A stretch of DNA of 64,000 nt from NCBI GenBank assembly GCA_050294405.1, contig JBNKOC010000012.1:256001-320000 (forward strand), read 5' to 3'. Of this stretch, positions 11,075-20,046 are shown in pieces; positions within the stretch are counted from its first letter, which is position 1, and every line of letters starts with the position of its first letter. Under the pieces are notes generated by a model, which did not search any database, was not told where the DNA came from, and saw only the letters and a program-made list of their open reading frames with translations. Position numbers and translations under genes: made by a program. Origin of the DNA: Fibrobacteria bacterium (lineage in GTDB: Bacteria > Fibrobacterota > Fibrobacteria > UBA11236 > JADFYW01).

Positions 11075-11761
11075 ATGCCAATCTATAAAGGTCAGACTAG
11101 TAAAAGTGTGGACATTGAGTTAAAGTCTTACTTGGTGGCAGCCCATTGGATTCAAAATAGGGCCGCCCAAGGAGGAAAGGCTACTCTGGAACTACAAACA
11201 GCCTATGTTGCTGATGATACTGAAATTAAAATTCAAGTAAAAGACAACAAGGGCAATTCCTACGATAAATTATCCGGTCGGATTTATTCGAATTTTTATA
11301 GAAAGATTGTTTCTGTTCCCAAAGGCGATTACAACAGCTTAATGTTCGAAGCAGAACTGGTTGGCCATGGAATTAAAAAACTGTCCTCTGCTTTGCAGGT
11401 ACAGCCTCCAATAAATTTTGGAAAATTAACGCCAAGCAGCACCGAAGGTAAGGGCGATAAGTTAACAGTACAATTTGCTGATATGGTAAAGTTAGAGGGT
11501 GAGCTGAAAGGAGTTAAAGACGGTGAGCCTGTACAAGTAGAATTGTATTGGATAAAAGAAGAAGACACTCCAGCCTTTCTAATAAAGTCATTTAAAACTG
11601 TTTGTAAAGCCGGAAAAATTTCGGTTTTATGGGATGGTAAACTGGAAGATGCTCCAAAATCTTCTAAGCTATATTTTGAAATTTCTTGTTTGGGAAGTAC
11701 ATCCACAAAAAGCGAAGAGTTTGACTACTCTAATTTAAAAGAGTTTTCTTTTTCCAATTAA
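11075..11761 (+). CDS. Hypothetical beta-rich protein resembling the PAAR protein's C-terminal extension
   Basis: 228-aa ORF; W-x6-G-x-K-x-TLE motif shared with 11814..12872. Confidence 0.65.
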   Translation: MPIYKGQTSKSVDIELKSYLVAAHWIQNRAAQGGKATLELQTAYVADDTEIKIQVKDNKGNSYDKLSGRIYSNFYRKIVSVPKGDYNSLMFEAELVGHGIKKLSSALQVQPPINFGKLTPSSTEGKGDKLTVQFADMVKLEGELKGVKDGEPVQVELYWIKEEDTPAFLIKSFKTVCKAGKISVLWDGKLEDAPKSSKLYFEISCLGSTSTKSEEFDYSNLKEFSFSN

Positions 11762-11813
11762 GGGACGCTTTTAAAGTGGTCCTTACTATCCAGCGTTGCT
11801 TCTAAGTCGACGC

Positions 11814-12872
11814 TTAACTTTCTGCCTTAATAAATTTTACGCTGTATTCTCCGGGAGGGACATTTTCCTCCACTGCATGGCCGTCCTTATCAAGTTTTCC
11901 ATTGCGAATGGAGCCGTCAGCAAAATACATATAGTATTCCAGATCCGTTATGGGGTTTCCGTCTTCTGTTTTTAAATTTATTTCCGCAAAATCATGTATC
12001 TCAAGATAATTGCTCACTCCCATTAAATTTCCACGGCTAATGCTGAATTGTAATTTTTGCAGAGCCATTCCCTCTGTAGGAATAGTCCAATTGTGCTTTA
12101 ACTTTTTTCCGGAGATGCTAACATCTTCGCTATGCACAAGCTGGCTGCCTTCATTATTAAAATTGTGGATTTGCAAAAGCAAAGTGGAGGAGCTTTCCTC
12201 GATATCAATATCTGCCTCCAGAGTTAGCTTTTCTCCGGGCTTTGATTCAGTCGCGCTCCACTTACAATTGGCCACGGCCCCTAAGTCCATGGAAAACTGG
12301 CCATCCTTGGCAAGACCCACATGGTTGGCTTGCCCGGCAATTGTGGAAGAACCAATAATCTCTTCGTTAGAGGGACCTAGAATTTGATATAAGAGCCCAT
12401 TAATGATTTTTCCGGCCCCGTCTTTGAAAATCACATCAATAAATGGGGATTTATCCGATGTATCTGAAAAGTCCTCCGGTTCTAAAGCTTTTACTTTTTT
12501 TGGCCCTGTTATTTGAGCGCCCTTTGCTTTGGAGGCTTTATTTGCGGAAGAGGCGGAACTTCCAGATCCCACTTCGCCAATCAGAACATTTACGGCACCT
12601 AAAATAATGGTGGATGGCGGTCCAACACATACTGCCATATCGCCCATACGGGCTGCTGGTTTTTTTCCAATAAACACCCCGGTGCTTCCCAAGATAATGG
12701 GACCGCCAACATGGGGAATGGGTGGCGTCGCCGGAGTGGCCATGGGGCATGTATGCATATCGCCCAGTGTTGCCGCCGGTTTTTTTCCAATCATTACCGT
12801 GGGCACACCCGGGCCGGTAATTAAGCCTCCGTGGGCAGTGTTATCGGCTAGTCTTGCGGCAGGTTTTCCCAT
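11814..12872 (-). CDS. PAAR-domain protein with C-terminal extension
   Basis: Three PAAR-like motifs (KPAARLAD, KPAATLGD, KPAARMGD) with His/Cys candidates for Zn binding. Confidence 0.92.
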   Translation of the reverse strand: MGKPAARLADNTAHGGLITGPGVPTVMIGKKPAATLGDMHTCPMATPATPPIPHVGGPIILGSTGVFIGKKPAARMGDMAVCVGPPSTIILGAVNVLIGEVGSGSSASSANKASKAKGAQITGPKKVKALEPEDFSDTSDKSPFIDVIFKDGAGKIINGLLYQILGPSNEEIIGSSTIAGQANHVGLAKDGQFSMDLGAVANCKWSATESKPGEKLTLEADIDIEESSSTLLLQIHNFNNEGSQLVHSEDVSISGKKLKHNWTIPTEGMALQKLQFSISRGNLMGVSNYLEIHDFAEINLKTEDGNPITDLEYYMYFADGSIRNGKLDKDGHAVEENVPPGEYSVKFIKAES

Positions 12873-12877
12873 TCTGA

Positions 12878-14002
12878 TTATACCTTGCTGTGGACACCAG
12901 CTTTAGCCGTTTCGATTCCAAATTCAAAGTTGGTAAATTCTTCCATAGCTTCCGGTCCTTTATAATATGCGCTTCCCCGCCACACCAGGCTAAGCAGGTT
13001 TTTTTCCTTATATATTTCCGCTGTTTGCAGAACCATGCTCATGTTCTCAGGCCCTTCTCCCACATCCAACCAACAACTGGGTTGGATATCTGGAAGGTCA
13101 AAATAAAATTGAGGGAAGTTCTTATCTAAATAATGCAATGCAATTCTTTCGTTTCCCTTTAAATAGGGCATGGAGAGGCCTGAAGAAGCGCCGCAAAAAA
13201 ACCTGTGGTTCATCATGGGGGTGGCCGGAGGAGGCACGCTGTCAGCGCCAGTTCCTATTTCGGGCATATTTCTAATGGATTCCTGACGCATCATTTCATT
13301 TTCCATAAATTCATCTGGCGCTAAACCGGAAAATGTATAGCGGGGGTAAAAGTTTTTTCCCACATAGCCAAGTCCTGCGGGTTCGGGCCATTTTATCCAG
13401 TTCTCGTATTTTTCCAAAGCCAGGTTGGAAGGAGTCAGAAGTTGGCTTGGGTTTTCCAGATTGGGAAGCTCCAAATCCTGAAGTGAACTTTGATTTTTTT
13501 TAACTACAAACCCTTTGCCAAGTGGGTTTTTTTGATAGCTGTACTCCATACCCTGTTCTGATTTTAAATCTTTGCCCCCATAGGCAAGGTTATAAGATAT
13601 GGGCATCTCTTCAAATGCAATTGGATCTGAAAATTTTATTCCTGTGGGAAGAGCAATAGCTCTCCTGTTTCCAATGGCTCTTATAATTTTTTTTCGGTTG
13701 GCGACCTGAAGCCCTACATCAAGATAGTATGCTTTTTTACCTGGGGGACAATGGGCGTTGCCGTGAAAGACAACATCGGTTAATGGTTTAAATGCGATTA
13801 AATCCGATTCATGTACTATAGCCTGTGAGTTGGAACCGCCTTTTTTTTCGCTAACATCATTTTCATATATTTCAATTTGTTGAGAATCGCTAAATTTTGC
13901 CCGGGCCCTGTTCTCAATATCAAAACTTGCTTTGGCGATAATGCTTAAAATTGGGGCACCATTAGGCGCATAACCAGGTACAATGGCTTTTAAAAAATTC
14001 AT
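12878..14002 (-). CDS. DUF2169 family T6SS adaptor protein
   Basis: ESDLIAFKPLTDV, MPISYNLAYGG, NPLGKGF, LPNLE, LKGNERI, LVWR motifs; adjacent to PAAR. Confidence 0.88.
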   Translation of the reverse strand: MNFLKAIVPGYAPNGAPILSIIAKASFDIENRARAKFSDSQQIEIYENDVSEKKGGSNSQAIVHESDLIAFKPLTDVVFHGNAHCPPGKKAYYLDVGLQVANRKKIIRAIGNRRAIALPTGIKFSDPIAFEEMPISYNLAYGGKDLKSEQGMEYSYQKNPLGKGFVVKKNQSSLQDLELPNLENPSQLLTPSNLALEKYENWIKWPEPAGLGYVGKNFYPRYTFSGLAPDEFMENEMMRQESIRNMPEIGTGADSVPPPATPMMNHRFFCGASSGLSMPYLKGNERIALHYLDKNFPQFYFDLPDIQPSCWLDVGEGPENMSMVLQTAEIYKEKNLLSLVWRGSAYYKGPEAMEEFTNFEFGIETAKAGVHSKV

Positions 14003-14022
14003 TTCTTTAAAATGTAATTTAT

Positions 14023-15036
14023 TTAGGATTTGGAACTGTGATGCAGATCACTTGATTTTATTTTATCGGCGGTTTGATAAATCTCAGTGGTATTTGAATC
14101 CCGAGGTAAGATAAAAACCTCTACCGGATGACGGATGCCCTTTAAGGAAACCTGACCAATAGATAAAAATTGATTTTGCCGGCTATCAAGAGCTCTGATA
14201 AATTCACCGGAAGCTAAAACCCGATTTTTTTCTGGGAGCTCAAACTGCAGTTTGGAAATAAAATCCGAAGCTTGCGCCTTTTCCAGTTTGAAAGCAATGT
14301 TTAAATCATTGCCATGCCTGTCGGGAAGGTCGTTGCTAAACTGCAGAGTTTTGCCCTTGTGTAAAGACATGCGAACCTCAAGGGGAAAAAAATCGCTGGT
14401 TTTGTTCCGATATTGAATGCGGTTTTTCAGCAACATAGCTGCATCTAGAGCGTTTTGGGCATTGTTAAAGGTGGCAAAAAATCCGTCCCCGGTATTTTTC
14501 ACAAAATTGGCGGGATGTTTATCCCAAACCGAATCGCTGATTTCCACCAGTCGGCTTTTCAAATGTATGGCGGTTTGATCCCCGTATTGATTTGCCATCA
14601 AAGTGGAGTTACACATGTCCAAAACCAAAATGGATTCTTCCAGCTGAATGGCCTTCATTTGACCGTGAAAGGTCTCCCGCCAGTTTTTCATTTTCACAAG
14701 GTTGGAATGATCCTGGGTGTGAAAATATTCGGCTACTACAAGTGTTTGCCCTATTCTAATGGAAGCCGGATTGCTGATGCGCGCCATTTTATTGATCTTT
14801 TCATTTTTGCCGGGATACTGAACATACACCCCGTTGGTGCTGTTTAAATCTTCAGCAATGATGGATTCTCCATCAAAAAAAAGTCGGCAATGGACACTGG
14901 AGACTTGTAAATCCTTAAGGATTTGGATGTCATTTTCCGAAGAGCGCCCCAGGGTGATAAAATCCTTTTCATACCTTTGGCTTCGCTTTTCTGAAGCTTC
15001 CTCGAATTCTATTTGCCAAAAATGAGTCACCTGCAA
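14023..15036 (-). CDS. FHA domain + class III nucleotidyl (adenylate-like) cyclase; start codon uncertain
   Basis: FHA motifs LGR, VSSVH, DLNSTNG; cyclase motifs LDMCNST, KNTGDG, DRHGNDLNIAFKLE. Confidence 0.88.
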   Translation of the reverse strand: MQVTHFWQIEFEEASEKRSQRYEKDFITLGRSSENDIQILKDLQVSSVHCRLFFDGESIIAEDLNSTNGVYVQYPGKNEKINKMARISNPASIRIGQTLVVAEYFHTQDHSNLVKMKNWRETFHGQMKAIQLEESILVLDMCNSTLMANQYGDQTAIHLKSRLVEISDSVWDKHPANFVKNTGDGFFATFNNAQNALDAAMLLKNRIQYRNKTSDFFPLEVRMSLHKGKTLQFSNDLPDRHGNDLNIAFKLEKAQASDFISKLQFELPEKNRVLASGEFIRALDSRQNQFLSIGQVSLKGIRHPVEVFILPRDSNTTEIYQTADKIKSSDLHHSSKS

Positions 15037-15156
15037 AAAATACTTAATGTGGAGTGTTGGCTAAAGGTGTTCGCACAAGTTTAAGGTTGGCCTTGATGGA
15101 GTTAAAAGTATCCATTTTTTGAACCTTTCTAAAAAAACTCAAATAAGCGAAGATTT

Positions 15157-16203
15157 TTAACCTAATAATTCTGAGGAAAATAGGTTTAGGCATTGTGCCC
15201 AGGCATCATCTGCGTTTAAGGCGGGGATTTGCACAAAACTCTCGCCTCCCAGGCTTTTAAAAAGTTCGGCATTTTGTATCGCCATTTCTTCCAAAGTTTC
15301 CAGACAGTCCGCCACAAAACTGGGGCTGGTGGATAAAATCCTTTTGACACCTTTGCGGGCCAGCTTTTCGATAACCTCCACGGTGTAAGGCTCCACCCAT
15401 TTTGCCCTCCCCAACCTGGATTGAAAACACAGGGTGAACTTATCTTCTGGAATTTTAAACTTTTCGGAAATAGCTTTGCTGATATAATAACATTGCGCCC
15501 GATAACATTTTGAGTTTTCGGGGACTATGTTATGACAACATGTATAGTTTTCGGCGGCGCAAAATCCGGCCGCTCCTTCTGTTTGTTTTAAATGGCTGAC
15601 TGGCAAACCGTGAAAACTTAAAACCAGATGATCCCAGTTTTTGCTGCTTATGTAAGGTTCCATGTTTGCAAACAGAGCGGATAAATAGCTGGGGTGATTA
15701 TAGAAAGGCTCTAAAATTTTGAGATCAATCTTGTTTTGAGAATCGAGATTTGAAAGAGCTTTTTTTGTTCTTTCAATTACTGTGTAAAAAGTGGAATTGG
15801 CGTATTGGGGGTATAAGGGCACCAGACCTATGGATGTTACGGATTGCTGTTGCAGTTTTTTGATTTTGGATTCAATGGAGGGCTCTCCGTAGCGCATGGC
15901 GTATTCTACAAGGTATTTGCCTTCGCATAGCCTTTTAACTTTTTCATTTATTTGTTCCGTATAGAGCACCAGGGGTGATCCGGAAGGGTTTTGGCTCCAG
16001 ATAGTGCTGTAAGCATGGGCGGATTTTTTATGCCTGAAGGGAGCGATAATTCCATGAACCAAAAGCCAGCGAAGCAAAAAAGGAAGATTAATTACATGTT
16101 TATCCATCAAAAATTCTTTTAAGTATTGGCTAACATCAGGTGGATTGGGGCTTTTCGGGGAGCCCAGATTAACTAATAATATGGCTTTTTCGGGATTATC
16201 CAT
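15157..16203 (-). CDS. hemH: Ferrochelatase
   Basis: LVNLGSP, AMRYGEP, PLYPQY, SFHGLP, FQSRLG, FVADCLETLEE. Confidence 0.97.
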   Translation of the reverse strand: MDNPEKAILLVNLGSPKSPNPPDVSQYLKEFLMDKHVINLPFLLRWLLVHGIIAPFRHKKSAHAYSTIWSQNPSGSPLVLYTEQINEKVKRLCEGKYLVEYAMRYGEPSIESKIKKLQQQSVTSIGLVPLYPQYANSTFYTVIERTKKALSNLDSQNKIDLKILEPFYNHPSYLSALFANMEPYISSKNWDHLVLSFHGLPVSHLKQTEGAAGFCAAENYTCCHNIVPENSKCYRAQCYYISKAISEKFKIPEDKFTLCFQSRLGRAKWVEPYTVEVIEKLARKGVKRILSTSPSFVADCLETLEEMAIQNAELFKSLGGESFVQIPALNADDAWAQCLNLFSSELLG

Positions 16204-16247
16204 GAGTATATAATAAAAAAACTCCTCAAACTCTTCAGGTTAATTTC

Positions 16248-16490
16248 AGAACCCATCTCAAAATAAACTCTGAATTCCACTCGCTTCGGGCATCGTTCTG
16301 CTTTGTCCCGCTCCATGCACGAAATTTTGCCATTTCACCTGGTTGCACCTTCGCATCCAGCTTTAGTACCCAACGGGCTTGCCAGTAACTGACAGCTGCT
16401 TTCCACACATCCCTGCGCCCCGGCTGCACTTCGGGTATAACTTGTTCTTACATCGTCGCTGTTCAACGATTTTATTTTGAGATGGGTTCT
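16248..16490. mobile_element. Non-autonomous miniature inverted-repeat element (MITE), 243 bp
   Basis: Perfect 20-bp terminal inverted repeats AGAACCCATCTCAAAATAAA (16248-16267) and TTTATTTTGAGATGGGTTCT (16471-16490); GC-richer interior; no transposase. Confidence 0.75.
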
Positions 16491-16528
16491 ACCAATATAA
16501 ACAGCTTAAAATTTTATATAATTAGAGC

Positions 16529-17260
16529 ATGATTTTTTTATTCAAATCCATTTTGACCTTCAAAATTCTGTTTTACATGATGTATCATGTGGCCATTTAT
16601 TACAGTATTCTTTTGGTAAACAAATCAAAACTCGGCCCCTGGCTTGAACAAAAGGTCAGTTTGTGGGCCCATTATTGCATCCGTTTGTTGGGGAATGGCA
16701 TCGAATGTGAGGGCAGCAACAATCTCGATAAAATAGCTTGGAACAGGCATGTTTTTTTTGTGGCCAACCACCAAAGCTATTATGATATTCCAAGCTTACT
16801 GTCCTGCTCGGAAAAAATGCTTGGCTTTGTGGCAAAATATGAACTGGGGCGAATTCCCTTTTTAAACTATTGGATGAAAAAAATTGGCTGTGTTTTTATC
16901 AACCGCAAAAAATTCACCACGGCAATACGTAAATTAAAAGCTCTGGAAAAACGGGGACGGCCAGCTCATCTTGTCTGTTTTCCTGAAGGGACCCGCTCTA
17001 AAAACGGGAGCTTAAGCCCATTCAAAACGGGAGTACTGAAAATGGCCTGGCAACTGGATTCAGTGTTACTTCCCTCCCTTATAGTGGGCACTCGGCAGGC
17101 TTGGGAAGGCAGAAAAAGCTTAAAACCAGGAACTCCAATTCGGGTTCGATTTTTGGAGCCTATAGACTTAAAAGAAGTGAAAAAAGAAAAAAAGTTTGAT
17201 GCTTTTTTTAAGGAGTTTGAGGAAACTTTTAATACAGAGTATTCCAGCCTTTCTAAATGA
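16529..17260 (+). CDS. plsC: 1-acyl-sn-glycerol-3-phosphate acyltransferase (PlsC family)
   Basis: NHQSYYD, FINR, FPEGTRS motifs. Confidence 0.88.
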   Translation: MIFLFKSILTFKILFYMMYHVAIYYSILLVNKSKLGPWLEQKVSLWAHYCIRLLGNGIECEGSNNLDKIAWNRHVFFVANHQSYYDIPSLLSCSEKMLGFVAKYELGRIPFLNYWMKKIGCVFINRKKFTTAIRKLKALEKRGRPAHLVCFPEGTRSKNGSLSPFKTGVLKMAWQLDSVLLPSLIVGTRQAWEGRKSLKPGTPIRVRFLEPIDLKEVKKEKKFDAFFKEFEETFNTEYSSLSK

Positions 17261-17393
17261 AACTCCTGGGGTTGTGTTACAGGCCCAATAACTTCAGAGC
17301 TTCGCCTTCATGGCCCCCAAAATAGGAGCAAATTCGACATTTAAAATTCATAATCCTCTCCCGATTATCTTTTAAATTGAAAAAGGCTAAGTT

Positions 17394-19841
17394 TTAATAA
17401 ACTCGTTCCCTTTTCTTTATTAGTAGCGCTCTGGCCCTGGCAAGTTTTTCTTCCAGAGCACGAATTTCTTCATTTTCCTCTGGTTGAGGTTGCTTTTGGG
17501 GCTTGGACTCTTGAAAAATTTGAATTTTGGGAATTTCTACAGCTCCTTTTAATAAAGAAATTAAAAAACAGCGGGTGCACTCCACTGCAGCGTTGGAGAC
17601 ATTTAAAAATTCCATGAGCTCTTCGTTTTCTACTCCAGGTGGAATTGGCGGTACGCAGGAGGGGCATCCTGTTTTACAGGGGCAATCCCCTAAAATATTT
17701 AGGCATAATTCCAGGCTTTGAGGCAAAAGCTCGTAAACTTTTTCGCCGTAACCAACTCCGCCTTCGATGGTGTCGTATAAATAAAGGGCGCTTTTCCATT
17801 CTTTGTCGAGCCTTACCGCCAGGGCTACATCTGTTTCCATGTCAGATACATCAGCCATGCATAGGGAAGGCGCGACTCTTTTAAGTATATAGGCCAGGCC
17901 GTGTAAGGCGGATTGCACAAAACGCTTGTCCACTTTTTCCATTTCTTTTTTCCATTGGGGACAGGGTAATATACACATCCCTGTGGTGTCGTATTCAAAA
18001 GCCGGAAGGGTAATGGGGCCATACCCCACATTTTCAAAGGAACGTTCCCGTATTTTTTTATATATCTTGGGTTGCTTGTTTATGTTAAGATATCCAAATT
18101 GAATAATGTGGCCGAATTGAATTTTTTCATCTGATACATCATTCATACTAAGCCGCTTTTCCCATACTGCTTCGGTATAGTAATCCACGGCAATGGGCTC
18201 TACTTTGCAAATTTTTTTATTTAAATCCAAATCCATGGAAATGTATTTTTTACCTAAATGTTGGTATATAGCGTCTTTGTATAAAGAGCCGCGGGCTCCG
18301 ATGGGGTCGATTTCCCCTATGATTTTTGTCCCACAATAAATATCCACGTTGTAATCTGTCATACCCCTTAAATTTACTCCTCTGGCGGGGTAATCCTGTT
18401 TGTTGTATCTAAGCACTCCATACATTTCTTTGAGGGATCCGTCGGATTTCAGAAAATGAAGGCTGTGCTTAAAGGGAAGGTTTTGTGTGAACAATTCTTC
18501 TTCTTCAGAAATAGGATGTTCGTAAGCCATGCAGGGTATATGTTGCATTATTATATAGGGGTTGTCTGCGCTAAGCCAGGCCCTTTCAATGGGGGCCGCG
18601 GTGATAAAATCCGGGTGCCGAACTAAATATTGGTCCACAGGACTGTCTTTAGCAATAAAAACAATGCTGGCTTGATTGCCCTTGCGGCCTACTCTTCCGG
18701 CTTGTTGCCAAAAACTGGCCATGCTCCCGGGATGTCCCGATAATATGCACAAGTCCAAATCTCCAATATCTATCCCCAATTCAAGGGCATTGGTGGATAA
18801 TATCACTTTGATTTTCCCGTTAAACAGATCTTGCTCCAGCTTCCTTCTTTCATTGGGTAATAGCCCGCCTCGGTAGGGCTTTACCAAATGAGCCAGGCTA
18901 GGGTGATTGTCGCAGACAGCGCGATACAAGCGTTCCACTTCCTGTCGGGCTCGGCAAAAACAAATGGTTCTAATTCCCATGGAAGCGGCTTTTCGAATGA
19001 GGCCCACAGATATGGAAGCGGGGCCTTTTCTAAATAAATTTCCACCGGCTCCCCGGCTCAACTGGGGATTGATGGTGTATAAAGTCCGGTGGGGTCTGGA
19101 GGAACCGTCCTTTTTGATTAAAACAAAATCCCTGTGAAAAAGAGCCTTGGCATGTTGGGCGGCATTGCCAATTGTAGCGCTTGAGCAAATAAAAACCGGG
19201 TTCGAGCCGTGATGTTGGCATATCCGAATGAGCCTGCGAAAAACATTGGATACATGGGAACCGAAGGCGCCTCTGTATATATGGACTTCATCCACCACAA
19301 TAAATTTTAACCGGGACAAAAAGCCTCTCCACTTTCGATTGTGCCCAGGGAGGATTCCATTGTGGAGCATATCGGGGTTTGTGATAACAAAGTCAGCTGT
19401 ATCCTGTAAAAGACTGCGGGTTTCCCGGGGAGTATCTCCATCAAATGTTCCGATGTTTCTTTTTTGAAGGACATTTTCTACCAGCTTGCCTAAGTTGCCC
19501 TCCTGGTCTCTGCTTAAAGCCTTGGTGGGATAAAGCAATAAAGTGCTGAAGGGTTGGGAAGCGGCGGAGTATTCATTGAGGATTGGGAGGAAAAAAGCCA
19601 GAGATTTTCCACTGGCCGTTTCAGAAACAATAAGGCTGTCACGATAATTGGAAATGGATTCAAAGGCCTCGTATTGATGGGAAAATAATTGTCCAATGCC
19701 ATTTTTATTGAGTTGTTGCTTTATTTGGGGCGACAGGTTTTGGGGAAAATCTCGAAATTCGGCTTTTCGTTTGGGAAAAATATTTTTGGACTGAATTTGA
19801 GAATGGTATGTGTTTTCAATGAAATCATTGATCCCCAGCAT
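17394..19841 (-). CDS. DEAD/DEAH-box helicase with C-terminal DUF1998 (MrfA/Hrq1/SftH-like)
   Basis: TASGKS, YPTKAL, DEVH, SAT, QQAGRVGR and CPCKTGCPSC; GGAGG RBS before ATG 19841. Confidence 0.92.
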   Translation of the reverse strand: MLGINDFIENTYHSQIQSKNIFPKRKAEFRDFPQNLSPQIKQQLNKNGIGQLFSHQYEAFESISNYRDSLIVSETASGKSLAFFLPILNEYSAASQPFSTLLLYPTKALSRDQEGNLGKLVENVLQKRNIGTFDGDTPRETRSLLQDTADFVITNPDMLHNGILPGHNRKWRGFLSRLKFIVVDEVHIYRGAFGSHVSNVFRRLIRICQHHGSNPVFICSSATIGNAAQHAKALFHRDFVLIKKDGSSRPHRTLYTINPQLSRGAGGNLFRKGPASISVGLIRKAASMGIRTICFCRARQEVERLYRAVCDNHPSLAHLVKPYRGGLLPNERRKLEQDLFNGKIKVILSTNALELGIDIGDLDLCILSGHPGSMASFWQQAGRVGRKGNQASIVFIAKDSPVDQYLVRHPDFITAAPIERAWLSADNPYIIMQHIPCMAYEHPISEEEELFTQNLPFKHSLHFLKSDGSLKEMYGVLRYNKQDYPARGVNLRGMTDYNVDIYCGTKIIGEIDPIGARGSLYKDAIYQHLGKKYISMDLDLNKKICKVEPIAVDYYTEAVWEKRLSMNDVSDEKIQFGHIIQFGYLNINKQPKIYKKIRERSFENVGYGPITLPAFEYDTTGMCILPCPQWKKEMEKVDKRFVQSALHGLAYILKRVAPSLCMADVSDMETDVALAVRLDKEWKSALYLYDTIEGGVGYGEKVYELLPQSLELCLNILGDCPCKTGCPSCVPPIPPGVENEELMEFLNVSNAAVECTRCFLISLLKGAVEIPKIQIFQESKPQKQPQPEENEEIRALEEKLARARALLIKKRERVY

Positions 19842-20046
19842 GGTAGCCTCCTTAAATTTCCTGTTATTGCCATAAAATAAGCAAAAATCCGGTAAAATAC
19901 TATACAATTGTGCAGTGAAATTTTGAGCAGCTATTGGGATTGGTGGGTTTTGATAAAAATTGAGCTCGCTAATCTCCTTGAGTTATCATTATTTTCAAAG
20001 AAAAAACAAATGCCAAGGAAGGTGAAAACAGGGTCCAATAGATAAA

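Noticed and set aside
16235..16429. 64-aa minus-strand ORF as a transposase fragment
   Set aside because: Lies almost wholly inside the MITE, runs through its TIR and has no transposase motif
17394..19841. DISARM/Druantia-type defence system around the DUF1998 helicase
   Set aside because: No methylase, nuclease or other partner genes adjacent; consistent with a stand-alone repair helicase
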